Positions 29,575 to 37,922 of a stretch of DNA of 64,000 nucleotides are shown in pieces; positions within the stretch are counted from its first letter, which is position 1, and the number at the start of each line of letters is the position of its first letter. The DNA is from an uncultured delta proteobacterium (GTDB taxonomy: Bacteria; Desulfobacterota; RBG-13-43-22). The notes beneath the pieces are model-generated. The model had not been told where the DNA came from, did no database searches, and worked only from the letters and a program-made list of their open reading frames with translations. The stretch is from assembly GCA_963790475.1 (NCBI GenBank), contig CAWBOS010000012.1, positions 32,001 through 96,000 on the forward strand. Direction: 5' to 3'. The position numbers and the translations under genes were made by a program.

Positions 29575-31473
29575 TTACAGCGTAAATCTTTCGTATCCTT
29601 TGCCTATAATATATCCATTCGCCGATTCTATCAGCCAATCCTCAGAGCCAAATCCATAAAATGTGGATAGGATCTTATTAGTTTCGGTATTACGGATTTC
29701 TATTTTTCTGTCAAAATCTGCAATTGCTAAAAAGTTATCTCCAATGAGTGTCAGGGATAGAGGCTCGTTTGATAGAGATTCTTGATAACAAATTATTGGA
29801 AAAATAATGTCTCGGACGATAAGTGTATTATCCTCTAGACACAACCAAATTTTTCTGGTAGCTTCGTGGTAAATGGCGCAAACAATACCTTTTGCAAATG
29901 AAATGTTGTTCAGTAATCGACCTTCTGTGCATCGGCTAATGACCAATAAACCATCTTCACCGGAAGATATATAGGCAGGCCGCGTTGGCAATCCAATCAG
30001 GGTGGAAACCGGACCACGGTGATCATTTCTTGAATTAATAAGTTTTTTGGATGCTATTTCCCAAACAAATGTCTTACCCAATTTGCTACCAGCGATGACA
30101 TAACGATTGCTATCACAAAATGATCCTGTTGTAAGATTTTCATTGCAGTTGAATCTTCGTACCAGTTCCCCATTATCTGTCCGTCTAATCTGTAAAAATC
30201 CTTCCAATGTCACTATAAGCAGAAGATTCCCATTTGTCGAAAACTGAACCTGTATCAGATTTGGATATGAATTGAATTCTATTAGGTTATATGTTCCAAC
30301 TGAATCTATATGCCAGCATTCGATTCCCTGAGATAGACCAAGGAGAAGTTCCCATCCTTTTGATGTTTTCCGCATCGCACTCGAAATGAAGTATCCATCG
30401 GTGGTGCGCGGTGTGATAGCAATATGCTGTGACAATTCATTTATTGCCCAGAGATGTACCGTTTGGTTTGCATGAAGTGTTGCCAGCCAATATCCGTCAG
30501 GCGAAGCGCAGATAGTGGGTGCGTAAGATGCCTCTTTTAGTAGACCAGTTAGGTCAAGCCGTATTGGTGTTGATTTTTGTTTTTGAACCTGATCGATTTG
30601 TTCATTTTGTTTTAATGAAATGCTTTCGGAGGTTTTATAACTAGCATACTTTTTGCGAATCCTTTCTGCCTGCTCTGATGTGATAGTGTTGAACCCGGTA
30701 CTTACCCGTATCCCTTCATTAGTCGCACCTTTAATGGTTTGTTTGATTTCGATATTTAATTCCTCTGCTAACTCATAAATTCTTATCTTTTCCCGATGTT
30801 TAATCGACTGAGGTGATTTAGGTCCTGTTAATAAAGGTTTTGATTTTGACCCTTGATCGCTAGTTAAGGGTGGAGTTCTTCTTGAATGATGTATCTTTTT
30901 AATATAATTTTGTTGATCTTGCTGTATCTTGAGATCCCTTCGAAATTTATTTTTAAGATTGATACCTACAGGAAGTTTTCTTGGTTTACCAATTTTGGGC
31001 TTTTTTATTAGAGGTTGTTCCGTTAGTTTCCGATAAAGATCTTTATAGCCTGTATTGCTGTTTAAATCGTAGTACTGAAAAGGTTTAAGAGGTCTGGGAA
31101 CAAATTTCGTATTATTTGGATCAAAAATAATTGGAATAAACTTTTCATTTATTGAATCATTATCGTAGATTTCTTGGTAGGTTAGTAATGATTCAAAACG
31201 ACCACCTTTCCCCTTTCCAGGAGTTTCATCACCTCCGGCACGTTTATCGTATGTTTCTGTGCAAATCACCAAAACATAGTCAGAATTACGGATTTGTTGC
31301 TCCATCCACCGTGGCCACCCCTGTCGAGGAGATTCCTCATATTGATCCAGATTACAATCAAGACCGTCTCGACAGAGACGATCAGCAAGTGCAAGGACGC
31401 TTCTATCGTGCTCTTTGGACTCATGACAGTAACTTATAAAGACCTTCAAATGTTTCTCCAAATTAGTCACCAT
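29575..31473 (-). CDS. SEFIR/TIR + IF2_N-like + WD40 beta-propeller protein
   Basis: KVFISYCHES..LADRL..DQYE..GWPRWMEQQI..DYVLVICTETY; KIRIYELAEELNI..; repeated WD-like units in the C-terminal half. Confidence 0.8.
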   Translation of the reverse strand: MVTNLEKHLKVFISYCHESKEHDRSVLALADRLCRDGLDCNLDQYEESPRQGWPRWMEQQIRNSDYVLVICTETYDKRAGGDETPGKGKGGRFESLLTYQEIYDNDSINEKFIPIIFDPNNTKFVPRPLKPFQYYDLNSNTGYKDLYRKLTEQPLIKKPKIGKPRKLPVGINLKNKFRRDLKIQQDQQNYIKKIHHSRRTPPLTSDQGSKSKPLLTGPKSPQSIKHREKIRIYELAEELNIEIKQTIKGATNEGIRVSTGFNTITSEQAERIRKKYASYKTSESISLKQNEQIDQVQKQKSTPIRLDLTGLLKEASYAPTICASPDGYWLATLHANQTVHLWAINELSQHIAITPRTTDGYFISSAMRKTSKGWELLLGLSQGIECWHIDSVGTYNLIEFNSYPNLIQVQFSTNGNLLLIVTLEGFLQIRRTDNGELVRRFNCNENLTTGSFCDSNRYVIAGSKLGKTFVWEIASKKLINSRNDHRGPVSTLIGLPTRPAYISSGEDGLLVISRCTEGRLLNNISFAKGIVCAIYHEATRKIWLCLEDNTLIVRDIIFPIICYQESLSNEPLSLTLIGDNFLAIADFDRKIEIRNTETNKILSTFYGFGSEDWLIESANGYIIGKGYERFTL

Positions 31474-31586
31474 CGAAACCCCGCATTTATAAATATTTTA
31501 TAGAGATCGAATTCAGGGAATTCAGGGGACATATTACTTATTTTTCAATGCCTTCGGCATGAACGTCCTGCTTTACATTTTTGCTA

Positions 31587-33188
31587 TCATTCTTTCATGG
31601 AATGGACCGCATCAAGATATGCCCGTCCAGCAGGTAGTATTTCATATCGAACTTTGTCGCCCTTGGCGTTTATCCGCCTAGCCAACTCCGGGAAATCCTT
31701 TAGAACCCAATTCACATGTCTGGCACTAATCCGTTCTACATGTTCCGCGTCATTGACGGGAACATCCCGTTCAGTCAGTTTGGCGATGTCAGGACACGCT
31801 GCTGGTCCAGAGATTTGATCCAATGCTCGCAGACATCTGAACATACGCGCCTCTTGGAGAACTTTTCGCTTAAGTTTTATGTTTGATACTCCGGGGAGCT
31901 TACTAAACGCATCCCCCAATAATGCATTTATCTGAGTATGGTAGTCTTCAATCGTTCCCTCATTCTCTATCTTGATATCTGCCAAATCTTGTGCAACCGG
32001 TAACAGTCCAAAACGCCATTGTTGCCTATCGTGCTCTTGGAAATCAAGTAGTGTCTTAATATCCTCGATGCGGCCTCGCTGCAAGTGTCTTTCAAACCTT
32101 GTCCTTTCACTTACATCAATGAAAACAACCTTAGTAGAGTTTGGAAATTGGCTCCTAATATATTGTAACTCTTCAATAAGTCTAAAGCCAGTTATAATTG
32201 TATTGTTACACAAATCCTTGCCATACAAACCGACAATGTACCTAGCTATTATGTCTGGCCCCTTCGCATGGAAAATCTCTTTTGCCAGGTAAAGCGGAGT
32301 AGGCGCTTTTATCCCGTTTTCCTCAGCTATCAGTCGCATGATGTTACTAGCTTCGATGAATCGATATGGGTAGTGAGATGAGACATACTCTCCAAATGTG
32401 GTTTTGCCTGCACATAGCTTCCCGACAATCAGGTACAAGGAAACATCCTCTTTAAACAGGCTGAGATTTGTTGTCAGTTTGGGCTGCTTCATAAAGTACG
32501 ATCCGCTTAAATTGAGTACTGCCGCAAATTCCTCAAGTCTATCAGTAAGAGAGATTAAAGATTTCACGCGAAAGTCATATTCCAGTGATTCCTCAAAAGA
32601 CATTTCACCAAGGCGTTTTTTTGCTCCATTTGGTACGAACCAGCCATTGAAGGAATCAGGCCTAAGCCAAGGATACTGGTCCGACTTATTAAAATTGGGG
32701 GGCGTTTCTGCAACATGACCGCTGGTTTCGCCATGGATGAATACAGGTCTTTTCAAATTGGGCACATGTAAGGCAATATCCGAGTACACAGTAGCGGTTC
32801 GATCGTTCCCATGCTGCCGTAACACGGCATCGATTTCCTTGAAGCTGGTCCTTGCAAACCACTCCTTAATTTTTAGGCCAGGTACAATCTCGTCGGCCGA
32901 ACATAATGCATCAATCTTGACAGAAGTATCCTCAACAAAGAACATCGAGTTAACCCCTAACCGATATTTGATCTCGTCGATGGCGCGGGATAAGAGTTGT
33001 TCTTGGCCCAGGTTATAGTCCTCATGATAAGGATCTTGTGAGCTCTTAAAATGCCGCAATATAAGGCCAACCTTTTGGAAGATCAACCGCGCTTGAATGA
33101 ATTTATCGATACTTGATGTATAGAATCCTATCCCAAGTCGCTTAGGGGAGTTGATGAATAATTCTCTAATCTTAGGTTTAGACATCAT
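31587..33188 (-). CDS. HAM1/ITPase-like pyrophosphatase + P-loop NMP-kinase-like + winged-helix fusion
   Basis: FYTSSIDK, VEDTSVKIDAL, PGLKIKEW, RLGEMS; GKLCAGKTT, GFR..EE, ADIKIENEGT; C-terminal ..VRYEILPAGRAYL. Confidence 0.8.
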   Translation of the reverse strand: MMSKPKIRELFINSPKRLGIGFYTSSIDKFIQARLIFQKVGLILRHFKSSQDPYHEDYNLGQEQLLSRAIDEIKYRLGVNSMFFVEDTSVKIDALCSADEIVPGLKIKEWFARTSFKEIDAVLRQHGNDRTATVYSDIALHVPNLKRPVFIHGETSGHVAETPPNFNKSDQYPWLRPDSFNGWFVPNGAKKRLGEMSFEESLEYDFRVKSLISLTDRLEEFAAVLNLSGSYFMKQPKLTTNLSLFKEDVSLYLIVGKLCAGKTTFGEYVSSHYPYRFIEASNIMRLIAEENGIKAPTPLYLAKEIFHAKGPDIIARYIVGLYGKDLCNNTIITGFRLIEELQYIRSQFPNSTKVVFIDVSERTRFERHLQRGRIEDIKTLLDFQEHDRQQWRFGLLPVAQDLADIKIENEGTIEDYHTQINALLGDAFSKLPGVSNIKLKRKVLQEARMFRCLRALDQISGPAACPDIAKLTERDVPVNDAEHVERISARHVNWVLKDFPELARRINAKGDKVRYEILPAGRAYLDAVHSMKE

Positions 33189-34174
33189 AGGTTCTCTTCG
33201 GTTTCATGGCCGGTATTTCGACCCTTGCAGACCCCGAGGTATTTGGCTTGAGTGGTCTCTTGTAGCGTCTTGTTAATCTTCTCCATCATAGCTGATGCGT
33301 CGGCTGGAGCTATGGCATAGATGAGAGGGCCCATACTACTCATGCCGGCTGCGACATGATCATGTTTGTTGAGGAGTTCCAGAAGAGATCTCACCTCTTT
33401 GCCTTGACCTTGGAGTTCTCGTTGCTTGAAGCCGGTTGTATGAACATCTACCATCGATTGTTTGAGTAGGCGAAGATCGCCATCCATAAAAGCCGGGATT
33501 ATCCCATGATAAACTGCTGCTAATACTCGAAATACCTCTTCTCCGGGAATAGGTGTATTTTGTTGAAAGAACATGATCTCATCATCACCCGTGTATATGC
33601 GGTTGTCCGATAAATAAAGATGGATCTGCCATTGTTCGGGGAATGGCAATCTAATGCTCACGGGTGGGGTCACGGAAGCTTGCCTGGCAGATGATGGTAC
33701 AAAGCCAATCTCTGTAGACTGGGGGTGCCCTAGGTCAACGATAATCCCCCCTTGAAAGAAGACGTTCACTCCTACACCGGAAGCTCCACCTCTGCGGCAA
33801 AGCTGCTTGATATCGTCTGGCAGCAGGGGGTTCCCAAGTAAAGCATTGCAGGCTGATCCGATGGCTAACAATAAGGCAGTTTTGCTGCCAAAGCCGACGT
33901 GTTGCGGTGGAAGGGCAAGGATGTGAACCGTGAACTTTGTGTGCAAAACAGTCGCGATTCTCTCGATGAGTGCATGCACGTCTGCCTCATCACGCTGATC
34001 GATCTTATCTTGGAGTGTCAGTTCATTAACGATTCCAAGACTAGACTCTACCTCTATCGGTAGTGCATCGAGGGAGAACCCGGCTCCGCCATATCGTCGA
34101 TGTGTGATGCCAGCGACATCGATGAGCGTGAGGTGAATTCTAGGAAAGGCTCTAACTATTACCTTTTGTTTCAT
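33185..34174 (-). CDS. Beta-ribofuranosylaminobenzene 5'-phosphate (beta-RFAP) synthase family, GHMP fold
   Basis: PRIHLTLID..RRYGGAG, PQHVGFGSKT, RGGASGVG..F.QGGIIVDLGH, GFKQRE, GMSSMGP. Confidence 0.85.
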   Translation of the reverse strand: MKQKVIVRAFPRIHLTLIDVAGITHRRYGGAGFSLDALPIEVESSLGIVNELTLQDKIDQRDEADVHALIERIATVLHTKFTVHILALPPQHVGFGSKTALLLAIGSACNALLGNPLLPDDIKQLCRRGGASGVGVNVFFQGGIIVDLGHPQSTEIGFVPSSARQASVTPPVSIRLPFPEQWQIHLYLSDNRIYTGDDEIMFFQQNTPIPGEEVFRVLAAVYHGIIPAFMDGDLRLLKQSMVDVHTTGFKQRELQGQGKEVRSLLELLNKHDHVAAGMSSMGPLIYAIAPADASAMMEKINKTLQETTQAKYLGVCKGRNTGHETEENL

Positions 34175-35000
34175 TGGATTCAAACCACTCAATAGGAACC
34201 GGCCGTGAAAATTCCGGATTGTTCCATATCCCATCGAAGTGATCTAATAGTCGTTTATAAAGGGTCCCTTGTTGATTCAACACAAACGTAGGAAAATTCC
34301 TGCTTACATCCCCGATAAGATACGGTCCCCAAAAGAGATTGTCATCGATACGAAAAATGTTGATCGACGGTAGACAGCGATATAGCTTGATTTCAAAACG
34401 GAAATCTCTATTCCTTAATAATTCGGCGCACCCTCGTATGAAAGAGTGCACATCCCGTCTTATATCACCAAGATCATTGTTCTCTTCCTTGTCGCGTTGA
34501 TCGGCAAAGGAGCATTTTGGACTGGGGAACTCCGGATCGAGGAGTAATATTCGAACATTGGCTCGAGCCGCCCACTTTGCGAAGTCATGATGGTAATCTT
34601 CATTAAAAGCTCGAAGCCCAAACCCCATTATATCGATAGCTTCTGACACATGGTCCAGTCGCGTATCATATTCTGCCTTGATTCGAACGGCCCTGCTCTC
34701 GAACGCTTCGATCAAACCAAACTTACGAATGATTTCCATCCGACGAGACTCATCTTGTGATAGCCAGACGTAGAGGAAAAGGACCCAGCCCGCGATTGCA
34801 GTGGCAATGATGGATCCACCGAGCGAGATAATTATCGTATTGCGGGTCGGGTCCCTTAAAGTACTTCCGGAAATCACCAACAATAGTCCAATTACCAAAA
34901 GCACAAAGTGAAGCGCAAGATATATCCAATGTGTTGCTTTGATTTTCCAGATGGCTCGTCTTATGAATCGTATTATATACATGGCGCTATTTTCTCTCAA
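34152..35000 (-). CDS. Two-TM protein with C-terminal PLD-like (DUF5919-like) domain
   Basis: Two hydrophobic helices, then IDIMG..VRILLLDP..IKLY..PSINIFRIDD.LFWGPY..HFDGIW; no HKD motif. Confidence 0.65.
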   Translation of the reverse strand: MRENSAMYIIRFIRRAIWKIKATHWIYLALHFVLLVIGLLLVISGSTLRDPTRNTIIISLGGSIIATAIAGWVLFLYVWLSQDESRRMEIIRKFGLIEAFESRAVRIKAEYDTRLDHVSEAIDIMGFGLRAFNEDYHHDFAKWAARANVRILLLDPEFPSPKCSFADQRDKEENNDLGDIRRDVHSFIRGCAELLRNRDFRFEIKLYRCLPSINIFRIDDNLFWGPYLIGDVSRNFPTFVLNQQGTLYKRLLDHFDGIWNNPEFSRPVPIEWFESNETKGNS

Positions 35001-36226
35001 ACCTTCTTGAAAACGACAATAGTCTCCCGCGAAGGTCTCCTGCCATAGATCCCCATCTGTTGAGCGCTATTGCCTCTGTAACGGACAGCGATCATGTTTT
35101 CGCAGGATAAAAATGTTTGTTCACCTATCGTAGCTGTTAGTTCATCGGTGAGGATTGCTTGGCCGCCATACTGAACATTCCCGACGACAAATCCTATTTT
35201 AGCGCCACCTCTGCAGACACGGGAGATTTCTTTCAAGACTAAGAATATATCTTGAAAATATCCCTCAAGCATTGTGGGAACCCTTGGGTCGTGGTCACTT
35301 TTCCGCATTTTCGACAGGGCTCTGGTCAACGGCAATGGTTGAATATAACCCTCAAGCGCAGGCCGTTGGGGATGCGACTCCGGGTGTGAATGAAAACTCT
35401 GATAGCGAAGTTCACGAGTTTGCTCCCAATCAAGAAAGCTGAACATCAACTCAACGCCGAAAACGCGAGTATAGTCATGACGGTTAGGATATGGCGGAGA
35501 GGTTATAACCGCCGAATAAGTGTAGTCATCATCAGGAAGATAACGTGCATCTGATTGTTTGACTTGCCAGAGAGAACGCCGAGGAAAATGAACATCTTTC
35601 AGATCTTCAAACATTCCCTCTATTTTGGCCTTGAGTGTCAGAGGAATTTCCCTGTAGCCTTTTCGATTTTCAACCCAACTCAACCAGCCGCCAGTGGCAA
35701 TAGCGTGGCTGAATTCAGGTAGAATAGACAGAAGCGCAAGACGGAAAAAATCCTTCTCCTTTTCCAAAGCCTTTATCTCGCTTATTTCGTGTGAGATAGT
35801 ATCAAAAGCCCCCAATAAACGACCGGGCAGGGCCTTTTTTACTAATACCGGGTAATCTTTGATTGGGCCGTTCCATGAAGATGGATCGAGTTTCTTTTCC
35901 AATGCACGCCATGAACGCCTTAAGAGTGTTTCGTCATAATTAGCTACCTTTACCTGGGATGTTAGGACAGACAATGGTGAAATGTCATGTCCCGTAGCAG
36001 GAATTCCCTTTTCCTTCGCGGAAAGGATTGTCGTCCCTGCCCCGGCAAATGGATCGAGAATTCGATCCTGTGAGGTCAAGTTCCATTCCTCAATAAGCCC
36101 ATGAACTAAATCACCGGTGAAACTATGAGGAAAAACATACCAGCGGTGTATAGGCTTCGCCTCAAGTGGTTTGGGCGTCACCCATTGCCTCCATTCCAAT
36201 CTCTCTTCTACAGCGTATCTACTCAT
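34997..36226 (-). CDS. Amino-DNA methyltransferase (probably N4-cytosine, motif I before motif IV)
   Basis: IHRW, ILDPFAGAGTT, VITSPPY, VVGN. Confidence 0.88.
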   Translation of the reverse strand: MSRYAVEERLEWRQWVTPKPLEAKPIHRWYVFPHSFTGDLVHGLIEEWNLTSQDRILDPFAGAGTTILSAKEKGIPATGHDISPLSVLTSQVKVANYDETLLRRSWRALEKKLDPSSWNGPIKDYPVLVKKALPGRLLGAFDTISHEISEIKALEKEKDFFRLALLSILPEFSHAIATGGWLSWVENRKGYREIPLTLKAKIEGMFEDLKDVHFPRRSLWQVKQSDARYLPDDDYTYSAVITSPPYPNRHDYTRVFGVELMFSFLDWEQTRELRYQSFHSHPESHPQRPALEGYIQPLPLTRALSKMRKSDHDPRVPTMLEGYFQDIFLVLKEISRVCRGGAKIGFVVGNVQYGGQAILTDELTATIGEQTFLSCENMIAVRYRGNSAQQMGIYGRRPSRETIVVFKKV

Positions 36227-36719
36227 TTATTTATCATTAAAAGGGTCTAAGTCTGGCGAGTTTCGAATAAAGTAAGAGCACGCCGTAAATCGCCAGAGTT
36301 TGCCGAACGAATTTATGAACCACCTTGTAACGGGGTTTAAAGGGGCCTGCTCTTGACTCTTTCTCCAATTTATTTGAAACAAAGTTGTTATCATAATAAA
36401 AAAGGATGAATACTTACTTATTCGAAAAAGGAATTGTCTGTTCGGCTATCACTTCAACCGGCCATTTGGCCGGACAACTTACTACAACAAGCAAGGAAAT
36501 GTTAACTTCACAAAATACAAAGAAATGAAATAACTTGAAAGGAATCCATCATAACACAAGGTAATAGTAAGAAAATAAAGGGGAAGGGGGGGGAAGTCAA
36601 GATAAAAACAGGTCCGCGGCGTAAAGGACAAGGTTAAAAAGGGGGGGGGAGACATTCGTCGTTTTTCGTTTGGTGTTCGGTGACAAAGCGTTAACACAGG
36701 GACAGAACTTCTAATTATC

Positions 36720-37922
36720 TCACCGCTTCTTGGAAGAACTGTTGAATTTCAACAGAAAAAAAAGAAAAAAAAGGGCCGCCAGCCAGGCCGTAATCGAACC
36801 GTAATAAAAAGTGGCCTGGGGACCCAACCGGTCCCACAGAATCCCGCCGATGAGGCTGGCCGGGAGCAGGGATAGACCCACCAGGGTATTATACAAGCCG
36901 AACCCGGTGGCTTTAAACTCTGCCGGAACCAGGGTGGCCAAAAAGGCCTTCTGCACCCCTTCGGTCATGGCCATAAAGAGGCCATAAGCAATGAACAACA
37001 ACCAGATGTGAAGGGGGTGTCTAGCCCCGGCAAAACCCAGATAGATAAAGCCAAAAAAGATAAAGGCCATGAGGATGATCGGCTTGGGTCCGATGCGGTC
37101 GGAAACGATCCCGGCCGGAAATGAACCCAGGGCATAAACCCCATTAAAAACCAGATAAACCAGAGGAATGATCGCCAGGGGGATGCCCACATTCTGGGCC
37201 CGCAGGATCAGAAAGGCGTCACTCGAATTGCCTATTGAAAATAAGATAACGACCACAATAAAATATTTATAGGACCGGTCAAAACTGGACCAGCCCGGGT
37301 TGGGTTTCAGGGCCTGGTCGAGAGCACAGGCCCGGGTTTCCCGGATAAAGAAAATAATAGTCAGGACGGCGAGAATTCCGGGAATCATGGAAAGCCAAAA
37401 GACCAAACGATACTGTCCCTGGAAATAAGCCAACAGACCGAAGGCCACGGCCGGTCCGGCAACGGCCCCCAAGGTATCCATCCCTCGATGGAAACCGAAA
37501 GAACGCCCCAAGCGTTCCTCCTCACAGGACTCGGCGATCAAGGCATCTCTAGGGGCATTTCGAATTCCCTTTCCGAATCGATCCACAAAGCGCGAGGCCA
37601 GTACCTGACCCCAATTAGGGGCCGTGGCTATTAAAGGACGGCTCAAGGTTGAAATCCCATATCCGATAGCCATAAGCCATTTGCGATGACCCAGGCGATC
37701 CGAAAGCCAGCCGGAAAAAACCTTCAACAGGCTGGCCGTGCTCTCGGCAATGCCTTCAATTAAACCGATGACTGATTTCGGGACCCCAAGTACGGAAGAC
37801 AGGAACAAGGGTACCAGGGGATACACCATCTCCGAGCTGAAATCCATGAAAAAACTGACTACCCCGGAAAAAAAGATGTTGCGGTTCAGTCCGCAGATTT
37901 TGTCAGAAGAATTTTCTTCCAT
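36720..37922 (-). CDS. MFS transporter
   Basis: DFSSEM, GWLSDRLGHRK, DRFGKGIRNAPRDALIA; about 12 TM segments. Confidence 0.9.
   Translation of the reverse strand: MEENSSDKICGLNRNIFFSGVVSFFMDFSSEMVYPLVPLFLSSVLGVPKSVIGLIEGIAESTASLLKVFSGWLSDRLGHRKWLMAIGYGISTLSRPLIATAPNWGQVLASRFVDRFGKGIRNAPRDALIAESCEEERLGRSFGFHRGMDTLGAVAGPAVAFGLLAYFQGQYRLVFWLSMIPGILAVLTIIFFIRETRACALDQALKPNPGWSSFDRSYKYFIVVVILFSIGNSSDAFLILRAQNVGIPLAIIPLVYLVFNGVYALGSFPAGIVSDRIGPKPIILMAFIFFGFIYLGFAGARHPLHIWLLFIAYGLFMAMTEGVQKAFLATLVPAEFKATGFGLYNTLVGLSLLPASLIGGILWDRLGPQATFYYGSITAWLAALFFLFFLLKFNSSSKKR

Noticed and set aside
33185-34174. beta-RFAP synthase as evidence of methanopterin-based C1 metabolism
   Set aside because: It lies in an accessory island, coupled to MTase and HAM1 genes, with no other H4MPT genes in the window. 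Genes elsewhere in the genome cannot be excluded.
34997-36226. Classical type II restriction-modification pair
   Set aside because: No adjacent PD-(D/E)xK, HNH or HKD nuclease was recognised; the neighbour is a membrane protein.
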